In this document: piece after piece, positions 35,511-45,627 of the stretch
Position numbering within the stretch: the first letter of the stretch is position 1
Layout: every line of letters begins with the position of its first letter
Origin: a virus
Virus record (IMG/VR): IMGVR_UViG_3300028364_000033
Coordinates: 1 to 64,000 of that record
Reading direction: 5' to 3' (one strand)
DNA length: 64,000 bases
Translations under genes and position numbers: made by a program
The notes under the pieces: model-generated
Told to the model about the DNA's origin: nothing
What the model saw: the letters and a program-made list of their open reading frames with translations, nothing else
The model's database searches: none

Positions 35511-36149
35511 TAAACATATTGAGCATGCCTCGTGTTCAGCACATTCACAATTCCTATCTTTTTTAGCTATAGGTAAATCGTCATATTCTTCATATTGTTC
35601 ATCGACCACTTCGGCTTTTGGTGGTAATTCGATACTTTGACCACTTGATGTAACTATTGTTGTAGAGTTATTGGTTTGTACTACATTATCGACTTGTTCC
35701 CTTACGCTTACCGATTTTGGTTCTGGTTTAATATCGACCGCATTATTGAAATCGTCATCAAAATCTATTTCCATTAATGATGGTGAGATATCTTCATCGG
35801 AAAAAGAAAATACCAATCTATTTAACTTGGTTAAAGATGTTGTTTTAAACATCGCTTGTAATTCCTTAACCTTTTCTTTTAATAATTCGTGTTTTTTCTC
35901 CCTTTCAATATTAATCTTGATTATATTTTCAACGTAATCAAGTAAGTCATCGAACGTCATACCTTCTTTATCACTAAAGAACATATAATAATTCTGTTCC
36001 TTATCAACTAATTCCTTTCCAATAATCTCAGAATTAGGTACGGTCCAATTTTCCTTGAATACCGCATCTACTATTTGCATACCTTGTATATACCTAACAC
36101 CGTTTACATAGGGTTGTAGTGAATCTAATTTTTCTTGTATTTTTGACAT
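35505..36149 (-). CDS. hypothetical protein with C-terminal Cys cluster
   Basis: ORF track; DRNCECAEHEACSICLG. Confidence 0.35.
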   Translation of the reverse strand: MSKIQEKLDSLQPYVNGVRYIQGMQIVDAVFKENWTVPNSEIIGKELVDKEQNYYMFFSDKEGMTFDDLLDYVENIIKINIEREKKHELLKEKVKELQAMFKTTSLTKLNRLVFSFSDEDISPSLMEIDFDDDFNNAVDIKPEPKSVSVREQVDNVVQTNNSTTIVTSSGQSIELPPKAEVVDEQYEEYDDLPIAKKDRNCECAEHEACSICLG

Positions 36150-36158
36150 AAAACTTTT

Positions 36159-36374
36159 TTAATTTAAAAATAGACCATTAAATATCGAACTCAATAAATA
36201 AGCTATCGATAATGATAGAATCCATAGTGATTTATTCGTTAATCTATATTTTTGTGAGTTTTCAGTATTTGATTTAAACCAAGCTTGTATAAAGTAATAG
36301 GCGTGTCTAAATACGTTCAACATACACATAAATAATATGATAAGTAATATTTTATTAATTATATCGACTAACAT
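36159..36374 (-). CDS. small membrane protein
   Basis: ORF track. Confidence 0.3.
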   Translation of the reverse strand: MLVDIINKILLIILFMCMLNVFRHAYYFIQAWFKSNTENSQKYRLTNKSLWILSLSIAYLLSSIFNGLFLN

Positions 36375-36377
36375 ACC

Positions 36378-36602
36378 TTATCCTTTTTTCTTTTCTGAAA
36401 TCTCTACCCTAATTTCTTGGGCCAATTTCTTTATGGCTTGCATTGCAACCCTTACTCTAGTACCAGCCGTACTATTCCCTTTTTCATCGAATTTAATTAT
36501 ATCATCACCGATAGATTCGACTAAAACTTTTAATTTATTATAATTTTCCATATTTTTAATTATTATTTTTTGGGTCCATATTAGGACCAATATTATTATC
36601 AC
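36378..36602 (-). CDS. hypothetical protein
   Basis: ORF track. Confidence 0.3.
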   Translation of the reverse strand: MIIILVLIWTQKIIIKNMENYNKLKVLVESIGDDIIKFDEKGNSTAGTRVRVAMQAIKKLAQEIRVEISEKKKG

Positions 36603-36798
36603 TCTCAGGTGTAGTACTATAACTTCGCCATGTAGTAATCATTTCGTTCAATATAGATATTTCACGTAATGTTATTTTAATTTTATTAACAGTTTCGGTA
36701 AAATTACTATCAGTGCTGTTGATTAATCTTTCTAAAGATTCTTCTTCTTTTAATTTTGAATTAATCAAATCGTTTAAAACTATTCCTATTGTTCTCAT
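36556..36798 (-). CDS. hypothetical protein
   Basis: ORF track. Confidence 0.3.
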   Translation of the reverse strand: MRTIGIVLNDLINSKLKEEESLERLINSTDSNFTETVNKIKITLREISILNEMITTWRSYSTTPESDNNIGPNMDPKNNN

Positions 36799-36805
36799 TT
36801 TTTAA

Positions 36806-37000
36806 TTATATTGATGTAAATGTTTCAGGGTAATCCCTACGTAATACCCTACTACTTAATATACGTTGTAAATTATGAAAATTAATTAACCACTCAGATA
36901 TTTCTGAGGTATGTGTTTTATCTAATAGCGTGAATTCATTATGCGCCTCAACAAGTAGGTCCATTATTTTTCTTTCTTTATCAGTAAAAGGGTTTCTCAT
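36806..37000 (-). CDS. hypothetical protein
   Basis: ORF track. Confidence 0.3.
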   Translation of the reverse strand: MRNPFTDKERKIMDLLVEAHNEFTLLDKTHTSEISEWLINFHNLQRILSSRVLRRDYPETFTSI

Positions 37001-37061
37001 TATTATTATTATTAAACAAATATAATAATATAAACCACAAAGTCAACCATAAATGTATTTA

Positions 37062-37517
37062 TTAAACACTTTTTAAGGATTCTTCCATTAGTTTGTAGAT
37101 TTTAAGGAAGTTGTCAACTTCTAAGTTGGTTTTTACTTTATCGTAAGAAAAAATAGATGTCCATATAAGCCTAATTGCCATTATAATTTCCTCTAAATCA
37201 TTTTCCTTATCGATTAAATAGAAAAAGTTAATTAAAAATTCTAAAAAATAATCATGCAGTGTGGTATTTTCACTGAATACAATACCTTCCTTTTTAAAAT
37301 TTTCAATATTTTGTAACCAACACCAGTTGAAGTGATTCAGTTTATCCTCACTTGATGTTATGTCATCCCCAAGGTAAGTTTCAAATACTAACATAAGTAA
37401 CGATTGTGAAAAATCATTAAATAGTGATACTAAGTCGTAATCAATATCGTTAGCACTATATACAATGGCCAAACTATTTTCATTCACTGGTAAATTATTG
37501 AAATTAGTGTCTAACAT
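37062..37517 (-). CDS. hypothetical protein
   Basis: ORF track. Confidence 0.35.
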   Translation of the reverse strand: MLDTNFNNLPVNENSLAIVYSANDIDYDLVSLFNDFSQSLLMLVFETYLGDDITSSEDKLNHFNWCWLQNIENFKKEGIVFSENTTLHDYFLEFLINFFYLIDKENDLEEIIMAIRLIWTSIFSYDKVKTNLEVDNFLKIYKLMEESLKSV

Positions 37518-37531
37518 AATATTTTATTTTT

Positions 37532-38410
37532 TTATAAACTCAGTAGCATGTCGATTAATCTAGGGCAAGGATACATATCCGTTTTATCTTTACGGGTGTT
37601 TGTGTGGCTCCATAGTCCCTTCACCCTACCGAAAAAAGCGTTTTCATTATATTCAAAACCCTTTACACCGTTTTTCTTTATTTCGGAAATTAAACCACAT
37701 CTAATATCGATATTATCTCTATCACCAACATACTTTATTAATTTACCTAAGGATTTTATTTGGTTATCAGAATATTTATGCCAATCCTTATGACCCCTAA
37801 ATGCTTGCTTCAATGTTGTGATTTGATTATCTGCAACATCTGTGCCCACATATGTTTTTTTATCGATTAAAAACCCAAAATTACAAACTTCTAACCCAAC
37901 TGAATGTGTGTGCATATATTGGGACCCATTTCTACCCAAATGCCAACCATAACCACCCTCTGGAAAAGCCTGTAATATTGTACCATCATGTTTATTGGTA
38001 GCATCGGATTTAACTGATTGCCCACCAATTACAAATTCAGTGGCTATTGTTCCCCTTCTATCTGAACCCCATTGATTTACTTGATTATATGGGTTCTCCC
38101 AACCAGCGGTGTGATGTATGAATAAATATTCCTTTTTAGTGGGTCCTTTTACATATTCACCAACGGGTAGATAATATTTTTCTATTTGTACATTTGAAAC
38201 ATTAATTGATTCACGGGCATCGGTTGTCGCAATCGCCATCATATTCCAAGTCTTTGGACCAACAATACCATCGGCCTTTAAATTCATACTCCTTTGCCAT
38301 TTTTTAACAGCCCTATCAGTATTTGGCCCAAAATCACCATCTTGTTTAAGACCTAGAAAATCCTGTACAAGTATTACATTTGGTCCTTTACTACCTATTC
38401 TTAATAACAT
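37532..38410 (-). CDS. endolysin: peptidoglycan-binding domain plus N-acetylmuramoyl-L-alanine amidase (Amidase_2/PGRP-like)
   Basis: N-term GSKGPNVILVQDFLGLKQDGDFGPNTDRAVKKWQ (PG_binding_1); FIHHTAGW amidase_2 zinc-site motif. Confidence 0.7.
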   Translation of the reverse strand: MLLRIGSKGPNVILVQDFLGLKQDGDFGPNTDRAVKKWQRSMNLKADGIVGPKTWNMMAIATTDARESINVSNVQIEKYYLPVGEYVKGPTKKEYLFIHHTAGWENPYNQVNQWGSDRRGTIATEFVIGGQSVKSDATNKHDGTILQAFPEGGYGWHLGRNGSQYMHTHSVGLEVCNFGFLIDKKTYVGTDVADNQITTLKQAFRGHKDWHKYSDNQIKSLGKLIKYVGDRDNIDIRCGLISEIKKNGVKGFEYNENAFFGRVKGLWSHTNTRKDKTDMYPCPRLIDMLLSL

Positions 38411-38469
38411 AACCTTTTTATTATAAATATCTATATAACAAAAAAAAATCCCCAGTTAGGGAATTTTCT

Positions 38470-40071
38470 TTATTTTTTATTGTAAACGTCTTTTGGTTTA
38501 CTATTTGGGTCATTTTTATCAAAATGAATTTCATCTGGAGGTGATGGCAATTGGTTGTCATTTTCGTCAACACCACCCTTTCTTAGATTTTTTAAATCTT
38601 CACCGTCAATGTCACCATCTTTATCGGTATCCATTTTTTTACTTTGTTCGTCTGATAATCCTTCATTTACATCATCTTCATCATCAAGACCTTCAAATAT
38701 CTCGTCAAACCTATCTTTTTCTTCTGTATCACAGTCTTCATCTTCTTCTGCCATTACCATTGGCCCTTCTGCGTTAGCGTGACCGCTTTCAGTACCTGGT
38801 TTAACTTCACTTGGATTAGGTTTGTCAGCAACAAATCCCATTCCAGCAACACCAGTAGCATTTTCATTAATAACATCCTTAGATGCCATATTTTCTATAA
38901 GAGCTTTAGTTTTATTAAATACGTCAGCAAATTTTGCATTTTCATCTAACCTAGCAGAACCTTTTACAGTCCCAAGGGTATCTTGTGATTTATAACCCAT
39001 TAGGTGTTTCATGTGTGCCATGTTCTCACTAATCATCGTTTTATCACCAGCTTTAAGAATTACAGCCCTACCTTCGTTAACTGTTCCCTCCCACCTTATT
39101 TCGTAATTTTCATTACCATCGGTCATTTGAAATTCTTTCTTATCCACTTTGTAACCTTCTGGTATTAACTGTAATGCATTACCAACTCCGTTGAACGCTT
39201 TTTTAAATTTAAGTCTTTTCATTTTATCTGTTTTATTTTCATTAATTTTATTTTCAAACATACCACCACCAGCAGCTTTTTCGACTTTGTTAGCGGTTGT
39301 TTTTGCTGATTTATATGCGGCATCATATTTACCACTTGTTAAATATTTTGAAACTAGGTTAACACCGTTACCGTAAGCCATTGAATCTGGTAGGTGTGAA
39401 ACCATACCAGTATTACTAACTTTATCTATTAATTTAACCGCAGCTTCATCTGCCCCTAATTGTTCAACCCACTTAGCTAATACTAATTGACCTTTCTCAG
39501 AAAGACCTTCCTTAATAGTTTTCTTTTGTGCGTTTTCAGAAACGGCAACTGGTTTGTTATTTTTATTTTTACCTCTTGGGATTGCGACATCACCCATACC
39601 ATCATATTGCATAGCATCGGATTCTTTATCGACCCTTGATTTAACCCTTTTTATTAGGTCCTTACCAAAAGTATCGCTAGATGCCCCCCATGTAGCTTCA
39701 GCGTTTGCACCTGGGCCATTACCCATACTGGAATGACCCTCAATAGATTTTATAGCCCTTTCCTTGAATACTTCACCAGGGTCATTATCATATTTAATCA
39801 TTTCTTGACCATTTAGAATTTCATAGTCATCATGATATTCCTCTTGTTCCGAATCGTTTTCGTATTTCTTTACGGATTCTGAGTTTTTCTTCTCATCGCT
39901 TTTGCTGGCTTTATCATAAGCCGTCATTTTCTTACCGACCTCAGATTGATACTCTTTGTTGAACTTTTTACTATCCGCTTGTACTTTTTCAGTGCTAGTT
40001 AAACCAATATGTTTTTTTTCCTCAGCTAAAAAAGTAGTTTTAAGATATTTTTTAATCATGTTCTTATCCAT
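38470..40071 (-). CDS. large hypothetical protein (possible virion/internal protein), acidic C-terminus
   Basis: ORF track; low-complexity acidic tail. Confidence 0.35.
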   Translation of the reverse strand: MDKNMIKKYLKTTFLAEEKKHIGLTSTEKVQADSKKFNKEYQSEVGKKMTAYDKASKSDEKKNSESVKKYENDSEQEEYHDDYEILNGQEMIKYDNDPGEVFKERAIKSIEGHSSMGNGPGANAEATWGASSDTFGKDLIKRVKSRVDKESDAMQYDGMGDVAIPRGKNKNNKPVAVSENAQKKTIKEGLSEKGQLVLAKWVEQLGADEAAVKLIDKVSNTGMVSHLPDSMAYGNGVNLVSKYLTSGKYDAAYKSAKTTANKVEKAAGGGMFENKINENKTDKMKRLKFKKAFNGVGNALQLIPEGYKVDKKEFQMTDGNENYEIRWEGTVNEGRAVILKAGDKTMISENMAHMKHLMGYKSQDTLGTVKGSARLDENAKFADVFNKTKALIENMASKDVINENATGVAGMGFVADKPNPSEVKPGTESGHANAEGPMVMAEEDEDCDTEEKDRFDEIFEGLDDEDDVNEGLSDEQSKKMDTDKDGDIDGEDLKNLRKGGVDENDNQLPSPPDEIHFDKNDPNSKPKDVYNKK

Positions 40072-40114
40072 TATTATTAATGTTTTTATATAAATATTAT
40101 ATTTTTACTAAAAG

Positions 40115-41665
40115 TTACTTACTTTTACTTATTATAGTTTTAACCTCATCAACTGTCTTACCAGTTCTTTTGGCAATAGCTTCGTAAACATTTTCTTTAG
40201 CCACCACGGAATTAGAACTACCCTTAACTTTAACAACGCCTGAATCACCTTGATTGCAACCACCGTTCTGAGCAACTTTATTATTATTTAATTTAACGCA
40301 GTCATCAAAGTCTACAAAACCACCACCTGGGTATTGTGTATCTTTCTGTGCATCTTCACTAAGGTCTAAAGATATCCCTAATTTTTTAGCAGCAGCCATT
40401 AATTTTGGTTTTAGAACTAACTTATTATTTGGATTGGCCTTCTTATACATATCCATAAGAATTGTGTACTTATTTCTATCTTCGGATTGACCTACCATAT
40501 TCTCATTCATTTTCTTATTCAGTTTATTACCCTTAGTCCAAAAATCACTGTTATTACCAGCTGGCGCATCATAAGCGAACGTACCACTATCACCACCAAC
40601 TGAAGTTGTAGTGGTTACCTCATCTAATTCTTCTGGAACATTTGACCTAAATTTACTACCCATAGTCAAAGGAGCTTCAAAACTACCAGAAGATGCGGCA
40701 GTAGTTACTTCATCTACACCGTTTAAAATAGATACCAATTTTTTATCGTCACCATAGTATTTTAATATCTCATCTTTATTTTCTGGTCTAACTATTGCTA
40801 ATATGTCCTTGAATGGGTTTAATCCGATTTGTAGGTCACCTTGTGTTGCTACGTAATTAATATAATTGTTAATACATTCGGCATCTATACCATTAACATC
40901 CGAACAGAAATCATTTAGTATTTCACCATCATGCTCCATGGCAATATGAACGAATAAGTTACCATCTTTTTTAAATAAAGCAAATCCATCATTTTCTTCA
41001 TTATAATGAAGCATTTCAAATGGGTATTCCGAAGGTTTTAAATATTCTTCGTCAGTTTCTGGTTCCATGTCTGGTTGGTTCCATGGTGCGCTTGAATCAT
41101 TCTCAGCACCAGCTGGATAACCCCCATATTCGTTTAATTTGTTTTCGATTGTTTCCATAACCTTATAATGTGAACCACCGTTCATCATTTCATTAAGTCC
41201 ATGACTAATAACTTCTTTTACTCTGGTCTTATCGTTATTGAACTTCTCTTTTTTAATTTTATTGTTTTCAATTAGGCCAGCAACTTCCATTAATTTAATT
41301 AATGATTCATATGTATTACTAGCACCACCCTCATTTACCCCATAAAGCTCATTAATGAACTCTTCGTATAGTTTACCTATATCTTTTTTAACGCCTTTAT
41401 CCAAACCACTTTCAAAAGCATTATTTACGGCCTTACTTGGAACTTTGTTTGCTGGCATTTTAACACCAGCTATCGTATCCTCGGTTTTTAAATCCATAGA
41501 TTCCATTTCTAGAATCTTATTGTATTGTGCCTCGGTAATTTTAAGTGATTTATTCTTAGGGACATCTTCACCCATATTTTTAAGAATATTGGCTTGTCTC
41601 TCACTAATTCTAATTTTTTTCATATTATGTGCTTTTGTTTGATAATGTGGAAGACCAGAAGCCAC
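40115..41665 (-). CDS. large hypothetical protein
   Basis: ORF track. Confidence 0.35.
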   Translation of the reverse strand: MASGLPHYQTKAHNMKKIRISERQANILKNMGEDVPKNKSLKITEAQYNKILEMESMDLKTEDTIAGVKMPANKVPSKAVNNAFESGLDKGVKKDIGKLYEEFINELYGVNEGGASNTYESLIKLMEVAGLIENNKIKKEKFNNDKTRVKEVISHGLNEMMNGGSHYKVMETIENKLNEYGGYPAGAENDSSAPWNQPDMEPETDEEYLKPSEYPFEMLHYNEENDGFALFKKDGNLFVHIAMEHDGEILNDFCSDVNGIDAECINNYINYVATQGDLQIGLNPFKDILAIVRPENKDEILKYYGDDKKLVSILNGVDEVTTAASSGSFEAPLTMGSKFRSNVPEELDEVTTTTSVGGDSGTFAYDAPAGNNSDFWTKGNKLNKKMNENMVGQSEDRNKYTILMDMYKKANPNNKLVLKPKLMAAAKKLGISLDLSEDAQKDTQYPGGGFVDFDDCVKLNNNKVAQNGGCNQGDSGVVKVKGSSNSVVAKENVYEAIAKRTGKTVDEVKTIISKSK

Positions 41666-41879
41666 GCTTAGTCCACAATGTCTTATATAATTGCGTTAGA
41701 ACATTCTTTGTAATCTCGACAATTTTATCCTCTAACATCTTCTCAGACTTAATTCTATCCTTAACTATCAATTCAATTTTACTTTTGAAATCATTTGAAT
41801 CGACATACTTCTCAATCTGGGTTTTAACCTCTGATTTAGTGACGTTCTCATTTAATCTATGTCTAATCAAATCTTTCAT
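41625..41879 (-). CDS. hypothetical protein
   Basis: ORF track. Confidence 0.3.
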   Translation of the reverse strand: MKDLIRHRLNENVTKSEVKTQIEKYVDSNDFKSKIELIVKDRIKSEKMLEDKIVEITKNVLTQLYKTLWTKRGFWSSTLSNKST

Positions 41880-41948
41880 AATTAAGTTTATTAATAAATA
41901 TTAGATAAAACAAAAAAGGCCCGTTAAGGGTCTTTATAATATCTTTAT

Positions 41949-42350
41949 TTACTCTATTTTGATTCTCTTAGGTCTAAAGGTGGCTGTTATTTCAGTTGCA
42001 TCATCATTAAAATAATTTACTGAGCCAAAATCTATCTGAGTAATCACACTTTTCTCTATAACCCATTTTTCTAATGGTTCACCATAACCGTCTAACATTA
42101 TGATATCAAAATCGATTTTGGTATTATACTTAAATAAGTCTAATAGTATTTTTGATAATTTAATATCAACGGATTCTCTAAATACTAAATCTATATCATA
42201 TGTTTTATAACCTAAGAAATTAATAAAGTAACTTTTAAACTTTGGTCTTTCAGCTGAAATTAAATACCACTCTTTTATTTCTTTGTTATTTTTAAATTCA
42301 ATAACCCACCTATTTTGTTGCTTTAATTCTATATTTTTTGGTAACCTCAT
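41949..42350 (-). CDS. hypothetical protein
   Basis: ORF track. Confidence 0.35.
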   Translation of the reverse strand: MRLPKNIELKQQNRWVIEFKNNKEIKEWYLISAERPKFKSYFINFLGYKTYDIDLVFRESVDIKLSKILLDLFKYNTKIDFDIIMLDGYGEPLEKWVIEKSVITQIDFGSVNYFNDDATEITATFRPKRIKIE

Positions 42351-42574
42351 ATATTTTTATTTAATAACCTTAATACTTCTTCCCAAGTATTTTTATCTTC
42401 ATATTCAACTATAATTGAATTATTCGGAAATTTTATTTCTATATAAAATAATTTAGTGTCCGTTTTTAACCAACTATGAAGTATTACATCTTTATTTCTT
42501 GGGATTCTTAACTGTAATATACCGTTAAAATATATTCTTAACCCCTCCGAATCACCCTTGTAAGATATTTTCAT
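42347..42574 (-). CDS. hypothetical protein
   Basis: ORF track. Confidence 0.3.
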   Translation of the reverse strand: MKISYKGDSEGLRIYFNGILQLRIPRNKDVILHSWLKTDTKLFYIEIKFPNNSIIVEYEDKNTWEEVLRLLNKNI

Positions 42575-43045
42575 TTAGTTAGATATTAGTACACCAGTAA
42601 CAATCAGTACACCAGAACCTATAAATCCGAAAACTTTTTGTCTCTTTTGACGTTTTATTTCTTTCCTTTGCGCCTCGATTGTAGTTTTTAAAATAATAAA
42701 CTCTTCTTCCTTATTGGTAACCAATAGATTTAGATTGGTATTTACCTTATCTAGATTGTTGTTTTTGGTTTTAAGTAGGTTTATTTTACTTTTTTGATTG
42801 GAGATAATATCTTTATTAATAAGACTACTTTTTTTATACTCCACAATCATACTATCGGCAAACTTGTATTTTAAAACATCCTCCAATAAAATTTTACTAT
42901 CACTAAAATACATGCTGGTGATGGTGTCACCTTCTGAATTTATAAATATACTAATCCTGTCTTGTTTCGAGATATTCTGTGAGTGCCCTATCGACACCGT
43001 TAATATCAAGACCACCAACAAAAGAACCCACTTTATTTTTTCCAT
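42575..43045 (-). CDS. secreted/membrane coiled-coil protein (signal peptide plus C-terminal TM); spanin-like
   Basis: MEKIKWVLLLVVLILTVSIG signal-like N-term, coiled-coil middle, C-term VFGFIGSGVLIVTGVLISN. Confidence 0.35.
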   Translation of the reverse strand: MEKIKWVLLLVVLILTVSIGHSQNISKQDRISIFINSEGDTITSMYFSDSKILLEDVLKYKFADSMIVEYKKSSLINKDIISNQKSKINLLKTKNNNLDKVNTNLNLLVTNKEEEFIILKTTIEAQRKEIKRQKRQKVFGFIGSGVLIVTGVLISN

Positions 43046-43316
43046 TTTCTAAGATTTTTATTTTATTTGTTACGAGTGTTAATGAATCTTCCTTAACCTT
43101 TATAACTTTATTAATCGATTGTATCTCCTTATCTAAGTTGATGTTGATGGAAATAATACTATCGTTTTTTTTAACTAATAAACCATTTTTTAAATTAAGC
43201 TCTTTTAATTCACTTGTCTTTAACTTTATAGTTCTACCACCAAATACAATAAACCCCACTAAAAATAAAATTAGTACGAGTATTAATATATTTTTATTTT
43301 TATCCTTATCTATCAT
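42951..43316 (-). CDS. N-terminal TM plus coiled-coil protein (i-spanin-like), overlaps previous ORF
   Basis: ILILVLILFLVGFIVFGG TM then heptad-like region; overlapping gene pair. Confidence 0.35.
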   Translation of the reverse strand: MIDKDKNKNILILVLILFLVGFIVFGGRTIKLKTSELKELNLKNGLLVKKNDSIISININLDKEIQSINKVIKVKEDSLTLVTNKIKILENGKNKVGSFVGGLDINGVDRALTEYLETRQD

Positions 43317-43710
43317 TTGATTTATATTCGGTATTTAATTTTTTACCCCATTCGATATCCCAATTTTCGAAATAAGCTTTTAATTTTTTAGTTAACTCAA
43401 CAATTTCATCGGTCAATTCAATGTTTGGAAGGTTAATATAAACCCCATCAACTTTTGAAAATTGCCACTCGATACCATTATCCATTTCTCCACTGAAAAC
43501 AACATTACTACTGTTCGGGTATATTTTATATGGTCCGAATTTAACCCCAGAATATACTATCTCCATGAACTTCTTTTCTTCACCCTTTAATTCTTCACCA
43601 GTTAAATCGATTATATCATTATCATTTTCGTTAATGGATGTTCTACGCTTGGCTTCATTATCTCTTATGATATTTAGCATTGTTTTGGTTACTTCATGTT
43701 CTTTACTCAT
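43306..43710 (-). CDS. hypothetical protein
   Basis: ORF track. Confidence 0.35.
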   Translation of the reverse strand: MSKEHEVTKTMLNIIRDNEAKRRTSINENDNDIIDLTGEELKGEEKKFMEIVYSGVKFGPYKIYPNSSNVVFSGEMDNGIEWQFSKVDGVYINLPNIELTDEIVELTKKLKAYFENWDIEWGKKLNTEYKSNDR

Positions 43711-43759
43711 TGTATTTGAATTTATTAATAAATATTACGTAAAGTAAAAACATAATATT

Positions 43760-44416
43760 TTATTTATCATTTTCGACTTTATCTTTAAATTTTATAAAAT
43801 CCCAAGCTGGACTTACATCTGAGTAATATTTTTTAAAATTACTCTTATATAACACCCCACTAAACCTATCGGGCTCATCGAAACTTATATTATGTGGTAT
43901 TACATTTATTGGTATATTAAAGTCCGTACATAATTTTCTAACCAATAGTGTTGCTGAATCAAGTTGTGGTATACTGTACGGTGCCCAAAATCTTTTATTC
44001 CTCCATTTTTTATCTACCACATTATCGTCCCTACCATAAACTTCACCAATATAGTTAACATATTGCCCACTATTCAGTGGGTTATCCACTAACCAACCCT
44101 CATTTTCTAAAACTATCGATATACTTTTTTTATTTAATTCTAAATTATTTAGAAACTGTGAATAATATTTAGGTGGGAAGTGTTCTATAATTTCCCCACT
44201 TAACGTAACGGTATAATTCGCACATTTATTGTAACTACCAAACCACCTAGTCGTCCAACCTATGAAATGATTCATTTTGGTCGAGAATGAATTACCTATA
44301 ATTATTCTATTTTTTTTAGTTTCTTTTTTTACAAAATTTAATTCACTTAATCTATAATCTGACTTATTTATTATCATTTGGATTACCACCAGTTCTTTTG
44401 TAATAGATAATATCAC
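43760..44416 (-). CDS. hypothetical protein
   Basis: ORF track. Confidence 0.35.
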   Translation of the reverse strand: MILSITKELVVIQMIINKSDYRLSELNFVKKETKKNRIIIGNSFSTKMNHFIGWTTRWFGSYNKCANYTVTLSGEIIEHFPPKYYSQFLNNLELNKKSISIVLENEGWLVDNPLNSGQYVNYIGEVYGRDDNVVDKKWRNKRFWAPYSIPQLDSATLLVRKLCTDFNIPINVIPHNISFDEPDRFSGVLYKSNFKKYYSDVSPAWDFIKFKDKVENDK

Positions 44417-45605
44417 CGTTACCGTCTCTTATTTCTTTATTGGCACCGATTCTATCTATCTTATTGTTATTTCTATCTGGAATATCTACGGAAAACCCTC
44501 TTTCCCTTATTTCTTTTATGTCATTCCTGGTTATTCTATTGTTATTAGCTAACTCTGTTGGGGTTGCTGTAGTTTCTTCCGTAAAATCATCTTCTATTTC
44601 AACTTCGGAATCATCTTCGGATATTATATCATTTACCGCATCATTTACCGCATCATTTACCGCATCATTTACAGCCTCAGTTGCTCCCTCAGTTACTCCC
44701 TCAGTTACTCCCTCAGTTACTCCCTCAGTTACTCCCTCACTTACCGTAATGGGGTTATATTCGACCCCAACAGGCTTCTCTACTTGAGGGTCAACTTGTT
44801 CACCCTCATCTTTTTTATTAACTATTTTATTAAAAACTATAATCAATAATACGGCCATAGGGTCACCTATTATTATTAATAACAATATAAACCATTTCAT
44901 AACCTCATCCATTGATTTACCAGTTACACTCGATAGGTATTTTAATGAATTAAGTTCTGCGGCTCCCTTATTATCTTGATTTAATTCGATTACCGACAAT
45001 GATTTAGAATTTAAACTATCATTAATTACGTTTAAATTATTAATTAATTCATTTATATCATCTTCAATAGTTTTTATATCTTCGTTAGCCTCCGATATTA
45101 TTTTTTCAGTACCTCTTGCTGTGGTAACCCAATTTTTATCATATAACGCAACCAATCTATCTTCTTGTTGCGCTCTAACCTCCAATATTTTTGTTATCCT
45201 ACCTCTTTTAAGTTCAATATCTTTATTGATATTTTCCTTAGATTCAATAAGGAGGGTTTTACTACCCTCTATTAACTCAATTTGGTTGTCTATACCAATC
45301 ATTGATGCATATGATTCTTGGTATGAGGTGCTTAAGAACCCATAAATACCAACGGAGGTTATTATCATGGATATTACGACACCAATAGATAATAACAAGG
45401 AATACAACAAACCTATTTTTTTATAATAGGTATGTATCGCAGAAGTGGCTACTATCTTCGCAATCTCAATCGCAATGAAGAATAGTAGCCCCAACATACC
45501 AGCACCAGTAAAAACTTTTAATAATCCACTAACGGAAACAACCGCAACTATGGATGCCATACTAACAGCCATAAATAAAACTAAATATAATAATACTTTT
45601 TTCAT
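44364..45605 (-). CDS. multi-TM membrane protein with coiled-coil and in-frame tandem repeats (VTEG x4, NDAV x4)
   Basis: N-terminal 4 TM helices; DNA tandem repeats gtaactccctca x4 and accgcatcattt x3 at ~44630-44730. Confidence 0.45.
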   Translation of the reverse strand: MKKVLLYLVLFMAVSMASIVAVVSVSGLLKVFTGAGMLGLLFFIAIEIAKIVATSAIHTYYKKIGLLYSLLLSIGVVISMIITSVGIYGFLSTSYQESYASMIGIDNQIELIEGSKTLLIESKENINKDIELKRGRITKILEVRAQQEDRLVALYDKNWVTTARGTEKIISEANEDIKTIEDDINELINNLNVINDSLNSKSLSVIELNQDNKGAAELNSLKYLSSVTGKSMDEVMKWFILLLIIIGDPMAVLLIIVFNKIVNKKDEGEQVDPQVEKPVGVEYNPITVSEGVTEGVTEGVTEGVTEGATEAVNDAVNDAVNDAVNDIISEDDSEVEIEDDFTEETTATPTELANNNRITRNDIKEIRERGFSVDIPDRNNNKIDRIGANKEIRDGNGDIIYYKRTGGNPNDNK

Positions 45606-45627
45606 GTTCTAAATTTAGTAATAAATA

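Noticed and set aside
44590-44740. Short direct repeats that could be mistaken for a CRISPR array
   Set aside because: Repeats are 12 bp, contiguous without spacers, and in frame within a long ORF. They are coding tandem repeats, not CRISPR.
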